Shown: one piece after another, positions 10,037-18,366 of the stretch | How positions within the stretch are numbered: the first letter of the stretch is position 1 | Layout of the letters: each line of letters starts with the position of its first letter | Origin: Candidatus Blautia faecavium | Lineage (GTDB): Bacteria; Bacillota; Clostridia; Lachnospirales; Lachnospiraceae | DNA: 64,000 bases | Assembly: GCA_019118425.1 (NCBI GenBank) | Contig: DWYZ01000158.1 | Location: forward strand, 2,623-66,622 | Direction of reading: 5' to 3' | Notes under the pieces: model-generated | Seen by the model: the letters and a program-made list of their open reading frames with translations, nothing else | What the model was told of the DNA's origin: nothing | The model's database searches: none | Made by a program: the position numbers and the translations under genes

Positions 10037-10501
10037 ATGGAAATTGAAAGAAAGTTTCTTATTGAAAAAGAAAAACTCCCTCCATCCTTGGATCAATATC
10101 CCTGTCGCAGGATTGAACAGGGCTATCTCTGCACAGATCCAGTAGTCCGGATCCGTCAGGAAGACGACACCTATTATCTGACTTACAAAGCCGGCGGTTT
10201 TCTTGCCAGAGAGGAGTATAACCTTCCTTTAACAAAGGAAGCTTACGCTCACCTGCGTCTTAAGACAGACGGCATTGTCCTTGCAAAAACCCGCTATCTG
10301 ATACCGGAAAAGGACGGGCTTACCATTGAGCTGGATATTTTTGATGAACCCTATGAGGGACTGTATCTGGCAGAGGTGGAGTTTGACTCTAAAGAAGCCG
10401 CCGAAAACTATCAGCCCCCGTTCTGGTTTGGCGAGGATGTAACATATTCCGCCATTTACCACAACAGCAATTTAAGCAAAGGGATGCCTCCAGGTGACTG
10501 A
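10037..10501 (+). CDS. CYTH domain protein (triphosphate tunnel metalloenzyme family)
   Basis: N-terminal ExExK signature MEIERKFL; 154 aa, typical size. Confidence 0.8.
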   Translation: MEIERKFLIEKEKLPPSLDQYPCRRIEQGYLCTDPVVRIRQEDDTYYLTYKAGGFLAREEYNLPLTKEAYAHLRLKTDGIVLAKTRYLIPEKDGLTIELDIFDEPYEGLYLAEVEFDSKEAAENYQPPFWFGEDVTYSAIYHNSNLSKGMPPGD

Positions 10502-10536
10502 TCCAGCCGCCCGAGGCATCCTCTTTATTTAAACTT

Positions 10537-11331
10537 TTATAAGGTTTTCCCTTTTTCCGCACAGGCATTCAATGCCTCGTATACAGCGCTCCTAAAGCTC
10601 ATTTTTTCCAGCGTGCGCACACCCTCTATCGTAGTTCCTGCCGGTGAGCAGACCATATCCTTTAATTCTCCTGGATGCATTCCGGTTTCCAGGACCATTT
10701 TCGCGCTTCCCAATACAGCCTGGGCCGCAAAGGCATATGCCTGCTTCCTTGCCATTCCCTGGGCCACCGCCGCATCCGCCATCGCTTCGATAAACATAAA
10801 CACATAAGCCGGTGAACTTCCGCTTACCGCGCCTACCGCGTCCATAAGCCTTTCCGGAACCACTTCTGTCTTTCCAAAGCTGTCCGTTATCTCACAGATC
10901 CTTTTAATATCTTCCTCTGATGCCCGGCTGTTAGGACAGACTGCCGTCATTCCTTCCCCTACCTGTGCCGGGGTATTGGGCATGAGCCGGAAGATTTTTA
11001 CAGGAACCACACACTTTTCTTCCAGCCAGGAAACGGTTTTTCCAGGAGCGATCCCTACAACAATCTTCTCAGGAGTAAAACACTCTCTTACCTCATCCAG
11101 GACTTCCTCGTAAAACTGAGGTTTAATGGAAAGGATAACGATCTCTGCTGAGCTTGCTGCTTCTTTATTGTCAGAGGTGGTTTCCACTCCCATCTTTTCC
11201 TTTATATAAGAAAGACGTTCTAAAGAAAGATCAGAAACAATGACCTCTTCTTTTTTACAGATCCCTTGTCGTAAAATGCCGCTGAGCATGGCTGTTCCCA
11301 TATTTCCGCCGCCTATAAAACCTATTTTCAT
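10537..11331 (-). CDS. proC: Pyrroline-5-carboxylate reductase
   Basis: Rossmann motif IGFIGGGNMG, and full-length resemblance to the P5CR family as I recall it. ATG 11331 (MKIGF) follows GGAGG. Confidence 0.9.
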   Translation of the reverse strand: MKIGFIGGGNMGTAMLSGILRQGICKKEEVIVSDLSLERLSYIKEKMGVETTSDNKEAASSAEIVILSIKPQFYEEVLDEVRECFTPEKIVVGIAPGKTVSWLEEKCVVPVKIFRLMPNTPAQVGEGMTAVCPNSRASEEDIKRICEITDSFGKTEVVPERLMDAVGAVSGSSPAYVFMFIEAMADAAVAQGMARKQAYAFAAQAVLGSAKMVLETGMHPGELKDMVCSPAGTTIEGVRTLEKMSFRSAVYEALNACAEKGKTL

Positions 11332-11349
11332 CGGTCTTTCCTCCATATA

Positions 11350-11862
11350 TTATAATGTAAGGGACGGAGCTGCATACACACGTCCTGCCAGCTCAGAGTC
11401 CAGCATGTACAGGCTTTTCGCGTCATCTCCGAAAAGCTCCATCTTTTTGATCAGGTCGGAGGCATTTGTCTCTTCCTCGCCCTGTTCCTTTACGAACCAG
11501 TCTAAGAACTGCATGGTACGGAAATCCCTTTCTTCATATGCCGCGGAATAGATGTTATTGATCAGGCTTGTCACATACTGCTCATGTTTATAACCTTCTT
11601 TGAGGGGATCCATCCGCTCATTTAACACACAGTCTGGTTTCGCAATAGCTTCCAGGGTCACTTTACAGTCGTTATTCTGGAGATACTGGATCATCAGCAT
11701 AGCATGGTCTCTTTCTTCCTGTGCCTGTACACGGTACCAGTTGGCAAAGCCTTTCAGTCCCTCATCTTCATAATAATTGGCGAAATCAAGATATAAATAT
11801 GCGGAATAAAACTCTTTGTTTACCTGTTCGTTCAATAAGGCTGCTACATTTTCTTTTAACAT
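11350..11862 (-). CDS. Non-heme ferritin
   Basis: Ferroxidase-centre context LNEQVNKEFYSAYLYL ... QAQEERDHAM. ATG 11862 (MLKENV) follows GAGGAG. Confidence 0.9.
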   Translation of the reverse strand: MLKENVAALLNEQVNKEFYSAYLYLDFANYYEDEGLKGFANWYRVQAQEERDHAMLMIQYLQNNDCKVTLEAIAKPDCVLNERMDPLKEGYKHEQYVTSLINNIYSAAYEERDFRTMQFLDWFVKEQGEEETNASDLIKKMELFGDDAKSLYMLDSELAGRVYAAPSLTL

Positions 11863-11962
11863 GTTTGTCACTCCTCGTATCGTTTTTCTAAAGTATAATA
11901 CATTCTATAGGAAAATTCAAATTTTTTGCTGTTTTCCTGCCTGGTGAAATATGGGGATATAC

Positions 11963-12316
11963 CTACCCTTTTCTCAGTATTTTTTCCATAGGCTTTCCCT
12001 TGGCAAGTTCATCGATCAGTTTATCCAGATATCGGATCTCCTGCATAAGAGGTTCCTGGATCTCTTCTACCCGCACGCCGCAGATCACGCCCTTGATCTT
12101 TTTTCTGTTTTCATTTAATTGAGGGGCATTTTGAAAAAACTCTCCGTATCTGCAGCCTTTATCCAGCAGTTCCTCCAGCTTTTCCCGGGTGTATCCGGTA
12201 AGCCATTCTATGATCTCATCCACCTCTGCTTTTGTCCTGCCTTTTCGCTGGGCTTTATTTACCAGAAGAGGGTAGATTTTTGTCAGTTCCATTTGATAAA
12301 TCTTTTCATTACTCAT
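11963..12316 (-). CDS. DUF2200 family protein
   Basis: 117 aa. [36 protein letters not shown] resembles the DUF2200 family as I remember it. Confidence 0.55.
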   Translation of the reverse strand: MSNEKIYQMELTKIYPLLVNKAQRKGRTKAEVDEIIEWLTGYTREKLEELLDKGCRYGEFFQNAPQLNENRKKIKGVICGVRVEEIQEPLMQEIRYLDKLIDELAKGKPMEKILRKG

Positions 12317-12494
12317 AAGATTCCTCCAGACAATTATAGGTTTTTATCTGTTTTGTCATAATCACATTATACTGCAAAAAGAAACAGGCTGCTTTATATT
12401 TTTTCTTTTTTATATAGAAAAATATTGGCGAAATCCATTGTCTGATGTTAAGATATAAGCAGCCAAAAAATCAGAAAAAGGATGGAGGAATCGT

Positions 12495-14438
12495 ATGAGT
12501 TATGAATATCATGTAGCCATAAACGGATGCGACCAGAATGACGGCAGCAAAGAACACCCCTTCCGCACCATTTCCCAAGGGGCAAGGATAGCACAGGCGA
12601 ACGACAAGGTTATTGTTCATGAGGGTACCTACCGGGAATGGGTGGATCCTAAGAACAGCGGAAGAAGCGCCTACGACCGTATTACTTATGAGGCAGCTCC
12701 AGGTGAAAAGGTTATTATCAAAGGTTCCGAGCAGATACAGTCCTGGGAACAGGTAGAAAAAAGTGTATGGAAGGCGGTAGTGCCTAACTCTGTATTCGGA
12801 GACTTTAATCCTTACGCTGTTGTTTTAAGCGGCGACTGGCTCCGCTACCCCCTGGATCATCCTCTGCATTTGGGAGATGTGTATTTAAATGGAAAGTCTT
12901 TTTATGAGGTTTCTTCCTATGAAGAGGTTCTGCATCCCACTATGCGGACAAAGGGAAATAACCCTCCCTGGACAAACCACGAGGAGCTGATCCTGGAGCC
13001 GGAACAGACCGTTTATGTGTGGTATGCAAAGGCTGAAAAAGAAAATACAACAATCTACGCTAATTTCCACGAATATGATCCCAATAAAGAGCTTGTGGAG
13101 ATTAATGTCCGCCCTTATTGTTTCTATCCGGAAAAAACCGGAGTAAACTACATTACCGTCCGGGGGTTTGAGATGGCTCAGGCAGCGTGCCCATGGGCGC
13201 CGCCTACAGCAGATCAGCCGGCTCTTCTCGGCACCCATTGGAGCAAAGGCTGGATCATTGAGGACAATATCATCCATGACGCGAAATGCAGCGGCTTAAG
13301 CGTAGGAAAGGAAATATCCACAGGCCATAACCTGTGCAGCAGATATCTCCTGAAACCGGGTTATCAGCATCAGCTGGAAACCGTATTCGCGGCCATCCAG
13401 AAAGGCTGGGACAAGGAGACCATTGGTTCCCATATCATACGGAACAATGTGATCTATAACTGCGGCCAGAACGCCATTGTAGGCCATATGGGCGGCGCCT
13501 TCAGCCAGATCTGCCATAACCATATTTATAACATTGGGACAAAGCATGAGTTTTTCGGCTATGAAATCGCCGGTATCAAGCTCCATGCAGCTATTGACAC
13601 CCAGATTGTGGGAAACAGTATCCACCACACCACTTTAGGGATCTGGATGGACTGGGAAGCCCAGGGCGTACGGATCAGCAGAAATCTTTTTTATGAAAAC
13701 AGCAGGGATTTAATGATCGAGGTAACCCATGGTCCCTGTGTAATGGACAATAATATTTTCGGCTCTGATTTCAGCCTGGATAACCAGGCCCAGGGGACAG
13801 CTTATCTCCACAATTTATACTGCGGCGTCATAAGGCGCGAGCGCTTTCTGGAAAGGGCCACTCCATACCACTTTCCTCACAGCACACAGGTAGCGGGCTG
13901 CGCGGTGGTGTACAGCGGGGATGACCGGTTCTATCAAAATATTTTCCTTGGAAGCGCCCCTGTGTATACAAAGGACAGCTCCTGCGGCACAGCAGGCTTT
14001 AATGACTGTACTGCTTCTTTGGAGGAATTTGTGGAAAAAGTACGCGCCGGCGGGTTGGATGATGTGGATCGTTTCCTTAAGACGAACCAGCCGGTGTACA
14101 TAAACAAAAACTGTTATCTGGAGGGAGCCGGGGCATTTGACCGGGAAGAGGAAAATTTCTGCAGTAAAGAGGCCGCAAATGTTAAGATCAGCCGGAAGGA
14201 AGACGGCACCTATCTGGAAATAGATATTCCAGAGGAAATGTTTTCTCTTTCTACCAAGATCTATGGAACCGAGGACCTCGGACTGGCAAGGTTAGTGGGT
14301 GCTCCTTTTGACGATCCCAATGGAAATCCTATCCATATAGATGAAGATTACGCCGGAGAAAAGCGAAACATTCATCCTGCACCGGGACCTTTCGAAAACA
14401 TAAAGCCAGGGCACAATGTATTTAAGATCTGGGAATAA
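12495..14438 (+). CDS. Right-handed parallel beta-helix repeat protein (pectin-lyase fold), no signal peptide
   Basis: 647 aa. The N-terminus INGCDQNDGSKEHPFRTISQGA...VIVHEGTY is typical of DUF1565/beta-helix proteins. There are repeated NxxxxN/G-rich coil segments. Strong RBS GGATGGAGG. Confidence 0.6.
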   Translation: MSYEYHVAINGCDQNDGSKEHPFRTISQGARIAQANDKVIVHEGTYREWVDPKNSGRSAYDRITYEAAPGEKVIIKGSEQIQSWEQVEKSVWKAVVPNSVFGDFNPYAVVLSGDWLRYPLDHPLHLGDVYLNGKSFYEVSSYEEVLHPTMRTKGNNPPWTNHEELILEPEQTVYVWYAKAEKENTTIYANFHEYDPNKELVEINVRPYCFYPEKTGVNYITVRGFEMAQAACPWAPPTADQPALLGTHWSKGWIIEDNIIHDAKCSGLSVGKEISTGHNLCSRYLLKPGYQHQLETVFAAIQKGWDKETIGSHIIRNNVIYNCGQNAIVGHMGGAFSQICHNHIYNIGTKHEFFGYEIAGIKLHAAIDTQIVGNSIHHTTLGIWMDWEAQGVRISRNLFYENSRDLMIEVTHGPCVMDNNIFGSDFSLDNQAQGTAYLHNLYCGVIRRERFLERATPYHFPHSTQVAGCAVVYSGDDRFYQNIFLGSAPVYTKDSSCGTAGFNDCTASLEEFVEKVRAGGLDDVDRFLKTNQPVYINKNCYLEGAGAFDREEENFCSKEAANVKISRKEDGTYLEIDIPEEMFSLSTKIYGTEDLGLARLVGAPFDDPNGNPIHIDEDYAGEKRNIHPAPGPFENIKPGHNVFKIWE

Positions 14439-14554
14439 GAGTCATAAATCAAAGGCCTCCAAACGTATATAAACGGCAGCGTCAGAGCTGTGGAAAATTT
14501 TTCAGGGCAGTTTCGATTTTTGCTGGCGGAATTTAAAATACACTTTACTAAACA

Positions 14555-14592
14555 GGAGACAGAGGGTAAGGCTGCCCTTTGTCTCCTATTTG
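14555..14592 (+). terminator. Terminator of the beta-helix gene
   Basis: 12-bp stem GGAGACAGAGGG / CCCTTTGTCTCC (one G:T pair) followed by TATTTG. It overlaps the stop codon of the convergent MATE gene. Confidence 0.65.
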
Positions 14593-15929
14593 CTGCCTGC
14601 CGACAGGGCCTCCTTTCTTTGTATTGTGAGCATTCCCACAATTACTGCCGCGGTGCTGGCTGCGATATGGCTGACCAGAACTGCCGCCCAAATCCCGTTT
14701 AAGCCAAAACCTAAACGAGAAAGCAAATAGGCAAGAGGCATCCTGACGATAATATAATAAAAAATCATCAGCAGCATGCTCTTTGCAGGTTTCCCCATTC
14801 CATTGAGCAGTCCCAGATAGCAGTTTGTGACTGTATTTAAAATATAGCCCACACTGACGATCAAAAAATAGGTCCCCACAACAGCCGCTACCTCACTGCT
14901 CTTTACAAACAGTCCGGAAAGCTGTTTTGCAAAGCCGATTACCAGAACGGAGAGGATGACAAGCAATGCGCATCCATAACCCAACGCACATTTCAGATAA
15001 TCCTTGGCCCGGTCATACCTTCCTCCCCCAACACATTGTCCGATAATGGTTGTCAAAACCATGTTCAGTGCCATTGCCGGATAAAAGACAATGATTTCCA
15101 GCTTTCCCGCAACCCCATAGGCAGCAATGGCGGTTATACTATAAGCACTGATAAGAGCAGTGAGAAAAGTTGTACTGACAGCCGGAATGCTTTGCTGGAG
15201 TACAGAGGGAACCGCTTTCTGGATCAATGGAAGTATGGCGGATTTATCAAAGGCGGAAATCCTGATTGAAAACAATTTTTTCTTTTTCAGATAGACCGCC
15301 ATAAACAGAAGACATATGGCTTCTGAAAGGACAGTGGCAAGGGCGGCGCCGTTAAACCCGATAAAATGAATGAACACTGGGTCAAGAACTGCATTTAAAA
15401 CAGTTGTTGTCAGCATAGCTGCAGCCTGAAACATAGAGTTCCCATAGCTGCGCAAAACCGCGGCAAAATAGCAATACAAATAAACGGCAAGATATCCAAG
15501 CACATAAATGGATAAGTATCTATACGCCATATCATAGGTTTCCCTGGGAGTATTCAAGGCAGTCAAAATCCCTGGAAGAGAAAGCTCCAATAGGGCGGTT
15601 GCAAACAAAGAAAAGACCACCGAAATACACAGGGATGTGGTGAGCAGGCTTTCAATCCGCTTCTTGTTCTTCGCCCCAACGGCCTGCGAGAGCAAAATAG
15701 ATACTCCGTTTGTGGCGCCCATGGCGACTGAACTTAAGATCAAAATAATCGGCGTCGAGTTTGTAAGGGCGGCATAAGCGGTTTCTCCCAGAAGATTCCC
15801 GATCCAAAGACTGTCCACAAGGTTATACATCATATTCAGGAACATAGCTGCAATCATCGGCAGGGCCATTGTCATAAGACAGCCCTTCGTTTTTCCGCTG
15901 ATAAAATCAATTTTTGTTGGCATAATCAT
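14586..15929 (-). CDS. MATE family efflux transporter
   Basis: 447 aa with 12 predicted TM segments. The N-terminal motif ALPMIAAMFLNMMYNLVDSLWIG is typical of MATE/NorM. Confidence 0.85.
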   Translation of the reverse strand: MIMPTKIDFISGKTKGCLMTMALPMIAAMFLNMMYNLVDSLWIGNLLGETAYAALTNSTPIILILSSVAMGATNGVSILLSQAVGAKNKKRIESLLTTSLCISVVFSLFATALLELSLPGILTALNTPRETYDMAYRYLSIYVLGYLAVYLYCYFAAVLRSYGNSMFQAAAMLTTTVLNAVLDPVFIHFIGFNGAALATVLSEAICLLFMAVYLKKKKLFSIRISAFDKSAILPLIQKAVPSVLQQSIPAVSTTFLTALISAYSITAIAAYGVAGKLEIIVFYPAMALNMVLTTIIGQCVGGGRYDRAKDYLKCALGYGCALLVILSVLVIGFAKQLSGLFVKSSEVAAVVGTYFLIVSVGYILNTVTNCYLGLLNGMGKPAKSMLLMIFYYIIVRMPLAYLLSRLGFGLNGIWAAVLVSHIAASTAAVIVGMLTIQRKEALSAGSK

Positions 15930-16016
15930 TCTCCTTTCTGCATAAACAAATACAAACTATTCTGTCGCAATATCAAACAGATATCCCCAGTGTACAAAGG
16001 GAATATATATGCGCTA

Positions 16017-16041
16017 TTAATGAATGAATATTATTCATTAA
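16017..16041. promoter_or_regulatory. Candidate TetR operator upstream of the MATE gene
   Basis: TTAATGAATGAATATTATTCATTAA contains the inverted repeat TTAATGAAT-N7-ATTCATTAA. It is 22/25 identical to the reverse complement of 16769-16793. Confidence 0.6.
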
Positions 16042-16081
16042 ATATGTTTTTTAATACCCCTGCTCCAATGCAGGGGCTATT

Positions 16082-16642
16082 TTAAAGATGAAGGGCATAA
16101 ATAAGAAATTCCCGGATCCGGTCTGCTTTTTCTCTCTGATCCGTACCATCCTCCAGCAGAATGCCAAGCTGTCCGTATACACAGAACATGGCGGCAGTGG
16201 ATAAATCCTGGAGGTAGATTTCTCCCCTTTCCCGCGCTTTCTGCAGAAGTTTTTCCACAATCGGGATCAGCTTCTCGCAAGTTTTAAGAGAAAGCAGATT
16301 ATGGAATTTTTTGTTGTGAGGTCCGTGGAAAACCGCGTAATATTTCGTATTCTTATCGTCAATTCCTGCCGGCAGTTTTTCGATAAGCTCCTTTAAAGAA
16401 ATGTCTGTTTTTTCTGCCAGATCTTTGTACTGCGCTGCCAAAAGGTCCGCGTACTGATCAATAGCGCTGTCAAACAATACTTCTTTAGATGGAAAATAAC
16501 GATAGCACAATCCCTGTGCCACCCCGATTTCTTTCGCGATATCCGTGATCGTAGTTTTTTCATAGCCTTTCTCACCGAATAATTTAAGGGCCGCATCGAA
16601 TATTTCCTGTTTACGCTCCTCCGGTTCCTTTGTGATCCGCAT
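16082..16642 (-). CDS. TetR/AcrR family transcriptional regulator
   Basis: N-terminal HTH EKTTITDIAKEIGVAQGLCYRYFPSKE; 186 aa. It lies immediately upstream of the MATE pump on the same strand. Confidence 0.85.
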   Translation of the reverse strand: MRITKEPEERKQEIFDAALKLFGEKGYEKTTITDIAKEIGVAQGLCYRYFPSKEVLFDSAIDQYADLLAAQYKDLAEKTDISLKELIEKLPAGIDDKNTKYYAVFHGPHNKKFHNLLSLKTCEKLIPIVEKLLQKARERGEIYLQDLSTAAMFCVYGQLGILLEDGTDQREKADRIREFLIYALHL

Positions 16643-16654
16643 TTTTCCCTCCTT

Positions 16655-16732
16655 CTACGCATTTTACCCACAGGGTATGAGGACTTCGTCGATAATGGCA
16701 GATTCGAAAATTTACTTCCGCACTTAACCGCC
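16655..16732. repeat. Intergenic repeat, chimera of module delta (5' half) and module alpha (3' half), copy I
   Basis: CTACGCATTTTACCCACAGGGTA matches 24945-24967. GTCGATAATGGCAGATTCGAAAATTTACTTCCGCACTTA aligns with 7718-7756. It lies between the TetR promoter/operator and the TetR start codon. Confidence 0.7.
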
Positions 16733-16744
16733 TTTCCATGAATC

Positions 16745-16772
16745 AGTATAGCACTTTTATCTCAAAAGTCAA
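16745..16772 (-). promoter_or_regulatory. Candidate promoter of the TetR gene (TTGACT-16-TATACT)
   Basis: Read on the minus strand, -35 is at 16767-16772 and -10 at 16745-16750. The -35 overlaps the operator-like palindrome. Confidence 0.5.
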
Positions 16773-16793
16773 TGAATATTGTTCATTCATTAA
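16769..16793. promoter_or_regulatory. Candidate TetR operator (autoregulatory site)
   Basis: TCAATGAATATTGTTCATTCATTAA. Its reverse complement is 22/25 identical to 16017-16041. Confidence 0.6.
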
Positions 16794-16817
16794 ATTAATT
16801 TTTGTTTTTTCTGGCAC

Positions 16818-16846
16818 TTGCATCTTGGAAAATTAAGTGCTATAAT
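16818..16846 (+). promoter_or_regulatory. Promoter of tRNA-Gly (TTGCAT-17-TATAAT)
   Basis: -35 at 16818-16823, 17-nt spacer, consensus -10 at 16841-16846, which ends 8 nt before the tRNA 5' end. Confidence 0.8.
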
Positions 16847-16854
16847 ACACCCAT

Positions 16855-16925
16855 GCAGATATAGTTCATTGGTAGAATATCAGCTTCCCAAGCTGAGGAG
16901 GCGGGTTCGATTCCCGTTATCTGCT
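16855..16925 (+). tRNA. tRNA-Gly (anticodon CCC)
   Basis: Hand-folded cloverleaf. Acceptor GCAGATA/TATCTGC; anticodon stem TCAGC/GCTGA with loop TTCCCAA; T arm GCGGG-TTCGATT-CCCGT. CCA is not encoded. Confidence 0.95.
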
Positions 16926-16934
16926 CTTAAAAAA

Positions 16935-16967
16935 GGACTTCCCCAGATATTTAGGAAGTCCTTTTTT
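16935..16967 (+). terminator. Terminator of tRNA-Gly
   Basis: Stem GGACTTCC / GGAAGTCC followed by TTTTTT, and preceded by AAAAAA. Confidence 0.85.
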
Positions 16968-17094
16968 ATTATTACAGTTTTTCAGGCTCTTCGTATATAT
17001 ACATCCGAATCAGTGCGTCAGAGCACTCTTCCCTTAATTTTCCTCTTCCATTATTTAGTTAATAGGACACACAAATACTTTTATACTTTTCTTG

Positions 17095-17123
17095 TTGACA
17101 AGGAAACAAGTTTGTATTATTGT
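17095..17123 (+). promoter_or_regulatory. Candidate promoter of the MarR-cyclase operon (TTGACA-17-TATTGT)
   Basis: Consensus -35 at 17095-17100 and -10-like TATTGT at 17118-17123. It overlaps the first operator-like palindrome. Confidence 0.5.
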
Positions 17124-17161
17124 TGTTTCCACGGAAACAAGTTTGTATCACGATTGTTTCT
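17102..17161. promoter_or_regulatory. Tandem duplicated palindromic operator candidates (MarR sites)
   Basis: GGAAACAA-N13-TTGTTTCC (17102-17130) is followed 2 nt later by GGAAACAA-N13-TTGTTTC (17133-17160). The 16-nt core GGAAACAAGTTTGTAT is repeated exactly. Confidence 0.6.
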
Positions 17162-17191
17162 ATAAAATCAGACTATGCAGGAGGAAGAACA

Positions 17192-17659
17192 ATGTACGAT
17201 ACGTTATTAGACCTTTTTGCGGAATATCTAGAAAAACAGGATGCCCTTTCCAAGCTTACCGAGCACGAAAAGCTGCACGAATATGGCTATTCTGAAATCC
17301 ACACCATCGCCGCCATCGCTTCTCTGCCGGAGCCTAATGTAACCTCTATCGCCCAGCAGATGAAAATGACGAAAGGTGCGGTCAGCAAGATCATCAAGCG
17401 CCTTTTATCCGCCCAGGCAATCGAATCCTACCAGCTTCCGGATAACAAACAAAAGGTTTTTTATTCTCTCACTGAAAAAGGGGAATTTCTGTGTAAAGAG
17501 CACGAAAAGCGTCACCTTCTCTGGCAGGAAAGAGACAAGCAGTTTTTAAGCAGATATTCCCAGAGCCAGCTGACATTCCTGTCTGATTTTATGACAGATT
17601 TTAACGCCTACCTGCAGGAACAGATCAATGAAAAAGGAGGACAGACAAATGTTGATTGA
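17192..17659 (+). CDS. MarR family transcriptional regulator
   Basis: Winged-HTH region NVTSIAQQMKMTKGAVSKIIKRLL...DNKQKVFYSLTEKG. ATG 17192 (MYDTLLD) follows AGGAGG. The track ORF starts earlier, at 17120. Confidence 0.85.
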   Translation: MYDTLLDLFAEYLEKQDALSKLTEHEKLHEYGYSEIHTIAAIASLPEPNVTSIAQQMKMTKGAVSKIIKRLLSAQAIESYQLPDNKQKVFYSLTEKGEFLCKEHEKRHLLWQERDKQFLSRYSQSQLTFLSDFMTDFNAYLQEQINEKGGQTNVD

Positions 17660-18209
17660 TATCACCTTAAAAATCACCCCTAAAATGGTCTCTGACGCCC
17701 AGGGAAACGAAAAAAAAGCCTTCGTGGGCCATCTTGGAACCCACTTCGATGTTATGGACAAAGATTTTCCATTAGAATACACAGAGCGAAAGGGCATCAC
17801 TTTCGATGTCAGCACAGTCCGGGATCGGGAAATTGACATTTCTGACATTAACCCCGATCTCCTATATCCGGATATGTTTGCGGCATTTTACACCGGATTT
17901 ATTGAAGAAGAGGGCTATGGAGGAAAAAAGTATTTTACCGAGCATCCTCAGCTTTCCAACAAACTGATCGACTTGCTTCTGGAAAAAAAGGTTTCTGTCA
18001 TTGGAGTTGATTGCGCAGGCGTAAGGCAGGGAGCAGAGCACTCGAAAACAGATCAGCGCTGTGCAGACAGAGGAGTTTTTGTGGTAGAAAATTTGTGTAA
18101 TCTAAAGGAATTGGTAAATTTAAAAAATTATACCGTAAATACCTATCCAATGAATTATGAAGGTATGACCGGCCTTCCCTGCCGGGTGATCGTAAAAACA
18201 GATTCGTAA
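17649..18209 (+). CDS. Putative cyclase / arylformamidase-like family protein
   Basis: The HLGTHFDV motif resembles the HxGTHxD metal site of the cyclase (kynurenine-formamidase-like) family. ATG 17649 follows AGGAGG and overlaps the MarR stop by 11 nt. Confidence 0.65.
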   Translation: MLIDITLKITPKMVSDAQGNEKKAFVGHLGTHFDVMDKDFPLEYTERKGITFDVSTVRDREIDISDINPDLLYPDMFAAFYTGFIEEEGYGGKKYFTEHPQLSNKLIDLLLEKKVSVIGVDCAGVRQGAEHSKTDQRCADRGVFVVENLCNLKELVNLKNYTVNTYPMNYEGMTGLPCRVIVKTDS

Positions 18210-18268
18210 GTATATCGGTGCAGCAAGGAATTTCTCACCGAAACAGTACGGCATTTAAAGCGGCTTAT

Positions 18269-18293
18269 ACTAGTGTACTGGCACACTAGGTTT
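18269..18293 (+). terminator. Weak terminator after the cyclase gene
   Basis: Stem CTAGTGT / ACACTAG with a 6-nt loop, followed by GTTTTAGGATTTT. Confidence 0.4.
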
Positions 18294-18366
18294 TAGGATT
18301 TTATCACCAAATCCATCTCTTCTCCATATATTATATATCAGTAAAACAAGGAGGCTGTATTATTTT

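Noticed and set aside
16818-17165. 115-aa ORF spanning the tRNA-Gly gene; likewise the 70-aa ORF at 43255-43467 over tRNA-Leu.
   Set aside because: Each overlaps a well-folded tRNA with its own promoter and terminator, and there is no RBS. These are ORF-caller artefacts.
18210-18366. Possible TPP (THI-box) riboswitch upstream of the NMT1/THI5-like binding protein.
   Set aside because: I could not find the conserved CTGAGA / ACCTGATCTGGATAATGCCAGCG-type THI-box elements. The region contains only a small terminator-like hairpin and a promoter-like AT-rich stretch.
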